Below, piece by piece: positions 8,560 through 16,077 of a stretch of 32,000 nt of DNA (positions are counted from its first letter, which is position 1; each line of letters opens with the position of its first letter). The translations under genes and the position numbers were made by a program. The notes beneath the pieces were generated by a model. It was not told the DNA's origin and did no database searches. It saw only the letters and a list, made by a program, of their open reading frames with translations. This DNA is from Calothrix sp. FI2-JRJ7 (GTDB taxonomy: Bacteria > Cyanobacteriota > Cyanobacteriia > Cyanobacteriales > Nostocaceae): NCBI GenBank assembly GCA_019359675.1, contig JAHHGX010000022.1, positions 4,549 through 36,548 on the forward strand. The letters are read 5' to 3'.

Positions 8560-10032
8560 ATGTATTCAGCAAAAGCAGCAGCACTTTTAATATTAGATGC
8601 TCAAAATAGAACGAAAGCTATACCAGAGAAGTTAGAAAGTGAATTAACCTATGTAGCAGGGTGGTGCTACTGGTATAAAGGAGCAAGTCTCGTCAAAGAG
8701 TTTGCTTACTCTTGTTTGGAGTTGTTAACGAAAGAGAAATTAAACTTGATATTGAAAGAATTAGGGTTAACGGTAGCGAAGTCATCGACAAAAGAAGATA
8801 TAGTAAAAGTATTAAAAGAAGTTAAGATTACAGAGTTACGTGCAATTTTAACGAAAAAAGTTATGCCAGACTTTGAATTGTCGGTAGTGACTTTTGAGAA
8901 ATTGTTCCGTATATCTACAGCAAACCGTCGCAGACTGCAAGAAATAAAAGATGCTCTACCCATTCTTTACTGGGGAGAATCAAAATATGGACAGTATCCA
9001 GTTTTCAGTTTATTGAAAGTATTAGAGATTTTACATGCAGATAAAACGTTATTAAAACAGTTTTATGATTATGTCGAAGAAAAGTTGACGGCAAAAGCAA
9101 AACAAATTGCACGAGAGAAAGAATTAGAGCTTTCGTTTAAAGAGAAGTTTTTGGGTAGAGTTGCACAATATCCAGAGATAGCGAAGAATGATAATATAAA
9201 ACAGTTAGTTAAACAAGAGAAATATCGAGCAGCACATAATTTTTTAAATAATTTAATTCAGCAGAAAGAAAGAATTGACCGTGAGAATGCAATTGAACTT
9301 TCGTTCAAATACGAGTTTACAGAAAAAGCGGCAATATATCCAGATTTGATTTATGATAATAATCTTCAACAGTTGATTAAAAAAGAATATTATAAAAGTG
9401 CGTGCAGATTATTGAATGAGTTAATTCAAAAACAAGATAAAATCAAGCGTCAAAGAGCATTAGAGCTTTCATTTCGAGACAAATTCGTCCAAAAATCGGT
9501 AGAATATCCAGATTTAGGACAAAGAAAAAATATTCAAAAGCTACTTATCGAAGAAAAATATCAAGCTGCATATAACGCATTATCTAATTTAATTCAAGAA
9601 CAAGAAAAATATGCACGACTTCAGCAGCAATATTTAGACTTGTGTGAGGAGTTGGGTACAGAAGCAGAACAACACAAAAATTTAAATGCGTTAACAAAAG
9701 CTATTCAAGAATTACAGGTCATTCATAAAGAATTAACGAACAGCAAGACAATGGGAGACTTAGCAAAATCGTTAGATAATTTGCTGCAACAAGGAATAGA
9801 AATTTTTAGCCAAACTGCTGACCGTCAATTTCAGTATTCCAATGAATTACAATCAGATAACAAAGCGTTAAAGTTTTGTCAGATGGTTTTATCAAGCAAA
9901 GGGAACTGTCCAGAAAATCAATTACGGTGGAAAAATATTCAAAACGTTCCAGAAGCTATTGCCAATTACGAAGACTTAATTTTTTCTCATCCGGTACTAC
10001 TGCAAATTCAGGGTGTCTCAGAACTTACGTAA
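8560..10032 (+). CDS. Hypothetical helical protein with three internal repeats of about 57 aa
   Basis: 490-aa ORF. The repeats are ELSFKEKF..YPEI..NIKQLVKQEKYRAAHNFLNNLIQQ, ELSFKYEF..YPDL..NLQQLIKKEYYKSACRLLNELIQK and ELSFRDKF..YPDL..NIQKLLIEEKYQAAYNALSNLIQE. No family recognised. The gene contains no GGCGCC. Confidence 0.65.
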   Translation: MYSAKAAALLILDAQNRTKAIPEKLESELTYVAGWCYWYKGASLVKEFAYSCLELLTKEKLNLILKELGLTVAKSSTKEDIVKVLKEVKITELRAILTKKVMPDFELSVVTFEKLFRISTANRRRLQEIKDALPILYWGESKYGQYPVFSLLKVLEILHADKTLLKQFYDYVEEKLTAKAKQIAREKELELSFKEKFLGRVAQYPEIAKNDNIKQLVKQEKYRAAHNFLNNLIQQKERIDRENAIELSFKYEFTEKAAIYPDLIYDNNLQQLIKKEYYKSACRLLNELIQKQDKIKRQRALELSFRDKFVQKSVEYPDLGQRKNIQKLLIEEKYQAAYNALSNLIQEQEKYARLQQQYLDLCEELGTEAEQHKNLNALTKAIQELQVIHKELTNSKTMGDLAKSLDNLLQQGIEIFSQTADRQFQYSNELQSDNKALKFCQMVLSSKGNCPENQLRWKNIQNVPEAIANYEDLIFSHPVLLQIQGVSELT

Positions 10033-10201
10033 AAACCACACGAAATATGTCCATTTGTTACATCTATTTGATGTATTATAACTGAATTATTAAAAAAATA
10101 TTAACAAGTTTCAACATAAGTAAAAAATTGTGTATTTTGATAACTCTACATGTCATGCTGAAATTTTGAGTTATAAACGAATTAATTTATAATCCAAAAG
10201 A

Positions 10202-10675
10202 ATGATAAGGCGCCGCTTCATCGTCCGTTTTGTAATTACACTACTGATACTTGGTATACTATCAGTAATATATATCATTTTAATGCCTTTGCATGACATA
10301 GATTGTAACGCAGAACCATTTATGTCATCCAAAGTCGAAAAATTCCAAGTAAGTGCAACAAAAGTAGTAGCTCAACCTTGGTTAGGGCAACACATGGTAT
10401 ACGGTATTTTTACAGTCCCCGACGAATATAAAGAAACCCAATTTTTTATATTAACAGTGAAAGGCGCCGGAAGTTTTTGCGAAAAACCATTTGGAAACAA
10501 ACTAAAAGTAGACGATATAATTGCTCAACCCGGTACACACTTAATAAAAGGCTATATCAGAACAAGATTAGCACTGAAATCAATTTTACAAGGTTTATAC
10601 AGTAGTATTAGTAGTAAAGATAACTGGACGTTAACATATCCTAGTAAAAAGGTTATAATTACAACAAGTACATAA
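10202..10675 (+). CDS. Hypothetical protein with N-terminal transmembrane anchor
   Basis: 157-aa ORF. It has an RRRF motif followed by a hydrophobic helix (VITLLILGILSVIYIILM). It contains 2 GGCGCC sites. No family recognised. Confidence 0.5.
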   Translation: MIRRRFIVRFVITLLILGILSVIYIILMPLHDIDCNAEPFMSSKVEKFQVSATKVVAQPWLGQHMVYGIFTVPDEYKETQFFILTVKGAGSFCEKPFGNKLKVDDIIAQPGTHLIKGYIRTRLALKSILQGLYSSISSKDNWTLTYPSKKVIITTST

Positions 10676-10797
10676 ACATATATTAATGCAAGTACCCGCA
10701 GTAAGATGGATACTAAATTTGTACGTTGTTCTTGGTTTGGCTGTAACATATTTATATTACGGGAAAGAGCGTAAGAAGCAATAATTAAGGAGTAACT

Positions 10798-12258
10798 GTG
10801 ACTACGTACAACAGTTTGCCAACTAACGAGCATGATGTCAACTTAGAACTGGCGCCACAAGAAACAGTATTTCAATGGACAAAACAATGGTATCCGGTTG
10901 CTGTTGTTGATTTTTTAGACTCATCTCGTCCTCATGCAATGCAATTATTTGGAAAAAATATCGTATTGTGGAAAGATGGCTCTGGAAAATGGCGATGTTT
11001 TGAAGATGCTTGTCCTCACCGATTGGCGCCTTTTTCAGAAGGACGAGTAGAAGCAGATGGTACATTAATGTGTGCTTACCATGCTTGGCGTTTTGATGGT
11101 GAAGGAAATTGTGTTAACATTCCCCAAGCTAAAGATGAACAAACGGAGTCGCGACATTGCTCAAATTCTAAATCTTGTGCAGTTTTTTATCCAACTCAAG
11201 AACAACAAGGATTATTGTGGGTATGGGCAGAGTCAGGAGTAGAAGCACAACTTGAAAGTCAGTCATTTCAACCGTTAATTACCCCAGAGTTGGAAAACAA
11301 GTCAGATAAAGTAGTAAAGTTATTTTGGAATTTTCGTGACCTGGCGTATGGATGGGACTTTTTCATGGAGAATGTTTCTGACCCAACACATGTTCCTGTC
11401 TCGCATCATGGAATTGTTGGCAACCGATACAAGGACGCTAAATATTACGACATGATTCGCTTGAGCGAGATATCAAGTCAATCCGCGTTTGCTTATGAAA
11501 TTACACCAACTGCCCCAAATATAAAGCAAGCTATTCATGATTTTCAACCACCTTGTTTAATGCGGATTGTTTCAACTTTATTTGATGGTGGTCAACTGAT
11601 TCTAATTTTATATGCTACTCCGACTCGTCCAGGATGGTGCCGTCATATTGGGTGCCAGATATTAGTCAAAAATGACCAAAACAAAACACCACCAGGTTTA
11701 GGATTTTTTGGATTACCGATGCCAACTTGGTTAGGTCATATTCTCGCTTCGTTATTTCTACACCAAGATATGGTTTTTCTTCATTATCAAGAAAAGATTA
11801 TAGCTCAAAAACAAGGTAGATGGTTGAACAAAGTTTTCACGCCTAACCCCCAAGATAAGATGATAATCGCGTTTCGCAATTGGTTAGAAAATAAAGCAGG
11901 TGGTGGCATTCCTTGGGCGCCAGAATGTAACTCACACCTTCCTACTCCGGAACTAGATAAACAAAAGCTATTTGATGTTTGGACAGCACACACCCAGCAT
12001 TGTAGCGTTTGTCAAAATGCTTTAAAAAATATAAATAGGTTGATTATCTCTGCTTTTGCAACATCTATAATAGTTACATTTTTGAGTGTAATTATTGATG
12101 CGCGCGCTGTTGCAGCAAAAACAGTTGCATCTTTTCCTCCTACTAGTTTTTGGTTAGCTCTTTTAGGCGCCATTGCCTCTGCTAGCATAGGTTATCTACT
12201 TCTAAAATTGCGTCGCTTGTTTTACGTATATGAGTTTGAACACGCACGTAATAACTAA
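10798..12258 (+). CDS. Rieske [2Fe-2S] oxygenase of the pheophorbide-a-oxygenase (PaO/Tic55-like) family
   Basis: 486-aa ORF. The GTG start is preceded by AAGGAG at good spacing. The Rieske motif is CPHRLAPFSEG...CAYHAWRF. The mononuclear-iron region is NVSDPTHVPVSHHG. A PaO-type C-terminal CSVC motif is followed by TM helices. Confidence 0.85.
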   Translation: MTTYNSLPTNEHDVNLELAPQETVFQWTKQWYPVAVVDFLDSSRPHAMQLFGKNIVLWKDGSGKWRCFEDACPHRLAPFSEGRVEADGTLMCAYHAWRFDGEGNCVNIPQAKDEQTESRHCSNSKSCAVFYPTQEQQGLLWVWAESGVEAQLESQSFQPLITPELENKSDKVVKLFWNFRDLAYGWDFFMENVSDPTHVPVSHHGIVGNRYKDAKYYDMIRLSEISSQSAFAYEITPTAPNIKQAIHDFQPPCLMRIVSTLFDGGQLILILYATPTRPGWCRHIGCQILVKNDQNKTPPGLGFFGLPMPTWLGHILASLFLHQDMVFLHYQEKIIAQKQGRWLNKVFTPNPQDKMIIAFRNWLENKAGGGIPWAPECNSHLPTPELDKQKLFDVWTAHTQHCSVCQNALKNINRLIISAFATSIIVTFLSVIIDARAVAAKTVASFPPTSFWLALLGAIASASIGYLLLKLRRLFYVYEFEHARNN

Positions 12259-12285
12259 ACAAGCTGGACATAATTACTATTCCAA

Positions 12286-12312
12286 AATTTGACAACCATT
12301 GGTTGTCAAATT
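12286..12312. promoter_or_regulatory. 27-bp near-perfect palindrome between the Rieske and padR genes (operator or bidirectional hairpin)
   Basis: AATTTGACAACCA t TGGTTGTCAAATT has 13-bp perfect arms. It lies 28 bp after the Rieske stop, and no T-run follows. Confidence 0.4.
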
Positions 12313-12345
12313 GCAATACCTAATTCTTTCCTAACTAGCAGCGAT

Positions 12346-12420
12346 ATACTCAAATCAACTATTACTCAACTAATTGAGCAAAATTCATGTTTTATACTGT
12401 ATACTCAACAAAGTGAGTAT
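12346..12420. promoter_or_regulatory. Cluster of TACTCAA motifs and inverted repeats upstream of the PadR gene (candidate autoregulatory operator)
   Basis: atactcaa at 12346. tactcaactaattgagca at 12362-12380 (CTCAA/TTGAG). atactcaacaaagtgagtat at 12401-12420 (ATACTCA/TGAGTAT), 46 bp before the ATG. Confidence 0.35.
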
Positions 12421-12465
12421 ATCAAGCTTTATTTATAAAAGGTAAGGAAAGAATAGAATTAAGTT

Positions 12466-13011
12466 ATGGCAATATCTCATGCGATTTTGGCGGCATTATT
12501 AGATTCAGCGTGTAGTGGTTATGATTTGTCGAAGCAGTTTGCGGGGACTGTGGGTTTTTTTTGGCACGCAACACAGCAGCAGATTTACAGAGAGTTGAGT
12601 AAGTTAGAGGAAGAGGGACATATTGTTGCAGAAGTAATTAGGCAAGAAGGGCGCCCAGACAAGAAGGTATTTTCGGTTACAGAGGTAGGGAAAGAATATC
12701 TACGTAAATGGATATTAGAACCATCAGAAGTTAGTCCAATGAAAGATGAGTTGTTAGTAAAAATATTTGCAGGTGAAGTGGCACCGAAACAGAAAATTAT
12801 CAGAGAATTAGAAAATCACCGCCGACAGCACCAAGACAAGTTAAAAGCGCATCGAGCTATTGAGGAGAAGCATTTTGTAAGTCCGCAAACTTTACCTTTG
12901 GCAGAAAAGTACCGCTATTTAACGCTTCAGCAGGGAATACGCTACGAAATTGAATGGTTAAAGTGGTGTGAAGATACTATAAAGTTTTTACATGAAGATA
13001 ACTCTAATTGA
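12466..13011 (+). CDS. PadR-family transcriptional regulator
   Basis: 181-aa ORF. The N-terminal winged helix is ILAALLDSACSGYDLSKQF...QQQIYRELSKLEEEGHI...GRPDKKVFSVTEVG, with a C-terminal helical dimerisation region. Its stop overlaps the downstream ORF. Confidence 0.8.
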   Translation: MAISHAILAALLDSACSGYDLSKQFAGTVGFFWHATQQQIYRELSKLEEEGHIVAEVIRQEGRPDKKVFSVTEVGKEYLRKWILEPSEVSPMKDELLVKIFAGEVAPKQKIIRELENHRRQHQDKLKAHRAIEEKHFVSPQTLPLAEKYRYLTLQQGIRYEIEWLKWCEDTIKFLHEDNSN

Positions 13012-13019
13012 ATTGGGAT

Positions 13020-13895
13020 ATGAAAAAATTATTAATTACAGGCGCCAGTGGTTTTCTAGGGTGGCATATAATCGAGGTAGGACGCGAACACTACGAAGTT
13101 TACGGTACATATAACTCGCACACGTTAGAAGTAAATGGTGCCAGTTTATTCAAAGCTAACTTATCAGACTTTGAAGAACTGAAACAAATCTTTACAAATA
13201 TTAAACCAGATGCAGTAATTCATACAGCAGCAATTTCGCAACCAAACTATTGTCAAAACCATCCCGAAGAGTCTCACGCAATTAATGTCACAGCATCAGC
13301 AAACATAGCAGGATTGTGCGCTGAGTATTCTATACCATGTGCATTTACATCAACTGACCTGGTATTCGATGGTAAAAATGCACCATATAAAGAAACAGAT
13401 ACAGTCAACCCTGTAAATTTATACGGGGAACAAAAGGTCTTAGCAGAACAAGCGATGTTAAAAGAATATCCTAAAACAGCTATATGTAGAATGCCATTAA
13501 TGTTTGGCGCCGCAACACCCACAGCAAAAAGTTTCATGCAAGGGTTTATACAAACACTGCAATCTGGCAAAGAATTAAAATTATTTACCGATGAATTTAG
13601 AACACCAGCAAGTGGAATAACAGCCGCCAAGGGATTACTATTAATGATAGAAAAACAATATCACGGTATTATTCACCTAGGTGGGAGAGAAAGAATATCT
13701 CGCTACGACTTCGGAAAGTTAATGATTGAAGCATTTCATTTACCAGATACAAACCTAAAAGCATGTAAACAGCAAGACGTACAAATGTCGGCGCCACGTC
13801 CCGCAGATGTATCATTCGACAGTACAATAGCATTTACATTAGGATACAACCCATTATCAATAAAAGAAGAATTGGTAGGGTGCGTAACGCCATAA
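13020..13895 (+). CDS. NAD(P)-dependent SDR-family epimerase/reductase (RmlD-like substrate-binding fold)
   Basis: The ORF track starts at TTG 13008. ATG 13020 gives MKKLLITGASGFLG (Rossmann GxxGxxG) at the N-terminus. A YGEQK catalytic YxxxK motif is present. The last 7 codons (VGCVTP plus stop, 13875-13895) are supplied by a GTAG-hairpin repeat. Confidence 0.8.
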   Translation: MKKLLITGASGFLGWHIIEVGREHYEVYGTYNSHTLEVNGASLFKANLSDFEELKQIFTNIKPDAVIHTAAISQPNYCQNHPEESHAINVTASANIAGLCAEYSIPCAFTSTDLVFDGKNAPYKETDTVNPVNLYGEQKVLAEQAMLKEYPKTAICRMPLMFGAATPTAKSFMQGFIQTLQSGKELKLFTDEFRTPASGITAAKGLLLMIEKQYHGIIHLGGRERISRYDFGKLMIEAFHLPDTNLKACKQQDVQMSAPRPADVSFDSTIAFTLGYNPLSIKEELVGCVTP

Positions 13896-13937
13896 CAACA
13901 TTTCAACGAAGCAAATAATCTTGTAGCGTTACGCACC
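13875..13937 (+). repeat. GTAG-hairpin repeat (REP-like unit), copy D
   Basis: GTAGGGTGCGTAACGCCA ... TAGCGTTACGCACC. It is followed by a partial extra arm (aacacgcacca). It overlaps the 3' end of the SDR gene. Confidence 0.8.
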
Positions 13938-14007
13938 ATAAAAACACGCACCAAATAAATTTTGATGGGTTGTGCTATATTATATAGTGACAACGCAAAT
14001 AGAGAGT

Positions 14008-14274
14008 ATGAACAAAAAGCATAAAGTTGTTCTAAGTGATGAGCAACGGATGCAGCTACTTGACTTGGTAAAGAAAGGAAAAGCTAGTGCTAGAACAATC
14101 CGTCGCGCGCATACATTACTAATGGCACATGAAGGCAGTACAGATGAAGCAATAGCAAAGACCCTATATACATCTGTAACAACAGTTGAGAGAACTCGTA
14201 AGCAGTTCTGTGAAGAAAATTTAGAGCAAACACTAATCGAACGTCCACGCAGTGGAAAACCACGTAAAAAATAA
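14008..14274 (+). pseudogene. IS630-family transposase N-terminal HTH fragment (remnant)
   Basis: MNKKHKVVLSDEQRMQLLDLVKKGKASARTIRRAHTLLMAHEGSTDEAIAKTL...TVERTRKQF...RPRSGKPRKK matches the paired-HTH N-terminus of IS630 transposases. There is no DDE catalytic domain and I saw no IS termini. Confidence 0.65.
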
Positions 14275-14300
14275 GGCGTTGCTGATTTTTGGGATGATTT

Positions 14301-14400
14301 GTCATTCTGAGCGGAACGTAGTGTAGCGAAGAATCCTTATAGATGCTACCCTTCGGGAAATCCTTCGGATTACGTTTCGCTTCGCTCCACTCAGCATGAC
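14301..14400. mobile_element. MITE-like element, GTCATKCTGAGC-terminus family (100 bp)
   Basis: GTCATTCTGAGCGGAACGTAGTGTAGCGAAGAATCC ... GGATTACGTTTCGCTTCGCTCCACTCAGCATGAC, a long imperfect inverted repeat around cttcgggaaatccttcgg. Confidence 0.6.
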
Positions 14401-14459
14401 ATATCTAAATTCATCCCGCATTTATGCAACGCCAAAAATAAGTTGTGGGTTAATTTACC

Positions 14460-15959
14460 CTACGCACGTATAATAACTACGTTACGTCCTTTTTTTGTTG
14501 TGCCATTTCTGGTGTTCAAACGGTCAATAAAAGCAGGCGCATCTTTGCGTCTATCAAAAATACACAACCATCCATAATCTGCTTTTATGCGTGCCAAATA
14601 AGCTTCTAATTGGTCTAACCCCTTTTCTTCTGGGTCTTTTATTTTATCTCGCCAAGTTTTTACTTCAATTCCCAATGTTACTTTTTTATATTTCAAGCAT
14701 AAATCCATACGACCATTTCCAATCGCGTATTCCCGCTCTAATGTTCCACCTCCATTTACAACACGATGTAAAAATGCCATTAATACTATATGGGGTGCTA
14801 TTTCTTGATATGATGTAGTACTAAGTAATGGTTCTCCATGCTGGCGCCAAAAATCGATAAAAGCTTCTTGTAAAGCATCAACGTCTAAATCGCCATCTTT
14901 ATGTAACCAGGTGGGAGTTATGCTAGGTAAGCTATCAGAGGCGCCTTGAGTCAAAACACGAGGAATAACTTCACGGTAAATAGGGTTAGCAATTACCAAT
15001 CCACCATTTGGTTCTCGACGTAATAACCCTAAATCAACTAAATATTGTCGGTCATCGTCTGGTGTATCACCTAATGTATCTCCGGCTAACATTGGTTCCA
15101 TTATTGCTTTGATTCTTGTTTCAGTAAGTCTATCTGCAAGAGAATCAAGGTGAGTGTCTTTACGGGCAATAAGTATTTCTTTAGCTTGATTTATATGTTC
15201 TACTGTAATAGTTACTTGTGTGTCAGTCACTAATTCTTCAACAATTTCTTTGGCTAAGGCATTGATTAACCAAGGTTGCCCTTGAGTTAAATCAAAAGCT
15301 ATTTGGGCAGCTTCATTCGTAAAAACTTGTCCCGTATCTTTTGTATGCTCCTGATATAATTCTACAACCTCTTTCTCATTAAAATATCTCATTGTTAACG
15401 AGCGGTCTTTAATGTTGAAGGGACTAGCTGTATTTAACCTCTCTTTACCACCAGAAGCTACTTTATAATCTCGGACATCACGCATACCAATCAATGCCAC
15501 AGATGAAGGAAAGTGTTTTGGACGATTAGGGTAACCGTCTCGTAGTTGTCGCAAAACAGAAATTAATACCTGGTTTTCTAAGGAATCTATTTCATCAATA
15601 AATAATACTATCGGTCGTGGACAATTTTGTGCCCACACCTGTAAGCTAGACCTAATTCTTTGTCCAGGCGCCCCATAACCCCAATTAGGTGGTTGTAAGT
15701 CAGCAGGTAAACGGAATGCAATTGTATCGCGCCATGTATCAAGAATTGCAGATTCGGCGCCTCCAATATCATCTTTAAAAGCATTTCCCACTTCTACCGA
15801 TAAAGTAACAGCACAGTACTCTCCCATGCTGGTTATTTGTTCAGCTAACGCTAGCATTGCTGTTGTTTTACCCGTTTGACGTGGTGCGTGGACAACAAAA
15901 TAACTACGTTGCCTAATCAACCGCTCAAGAGAAGGTAATCGAACGGTAGGTGACAACAT
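14460..15959 (-). CDS. AAA-type ATPase fused to a C-terminal PD-(D/E)XK nuclease domain
   Basis: Walker A is HAPRQTGKTTAM. Walker B is VLFIDEID. The C-terminal nuclease motif is GRMDLCL...LGIEVKTW. The longest ORF runs to 16097 but would overlap the upstream TPR gene. ATG 15959 (MLSPTVRLPSLERL) or 16010 is the more plausible start. Confidence 0.75.
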   Translation of the reverse strand: MLSPTVRLPSLERLIRQRSYFVVHAPRQTGKTTAMLALAEQITSMGEYCAVTLSVEVGNAFKDDIGGAESAILDTWRDTIAFRLPADLQPPNWGYGAPGQRIRSSLQVWAQNCPRPIVLFIDEIDSLENQVLISVLRQLRDGYPNRPKHFPSSVALIGMRDVRDYKVASGGKERLNTASPFNIKDRSLTMRYFNEKEVVELYQEHTKDTGQVFTNEAAQIAFDLTQGQPWLINALAKEIVEELVTDTQVTITVEHINQAKEILIARKDTHLDSLADRLTETRIKAIMEPMLAGDTLGDTPDDDRQYLVDLGLLRREPNGGLVIANPIYREVIPRVLTQGASDSLPSITPTWLHKDGDLDVDALQEAFIDFWRQHGEPLLSTTSYQEIAPHIVLMAFLHRVVNGGGTLEREYAIGNGRMDLCLKYKKVTLGIEVKTWRDKIKDPEEKGLDQLEAYLARIKADYGWLCIFDRRKDAPAFIDRLNTRNGTTKKGRNVVIIRA

Positions 15960-16077
15960 ATAGTGGTCGTCACTGTTACACGGACCTGAAATGTTGAACC
16001 AACGAGGCATAACAATGGAGCTAAGAGAAGCTGTGACAATGCCCAGTGTAGCGCATATTGTATAGTTGCTTGCACGC

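Noticed and set aside
13972-14274. Possible active IS630 insertion sequence
   Set aside because: Only the N-terminal HTH portion is present (about 90 aa). I could identify no DDE domain, no second ORF and no terminal inverted repeats or TA duplication.
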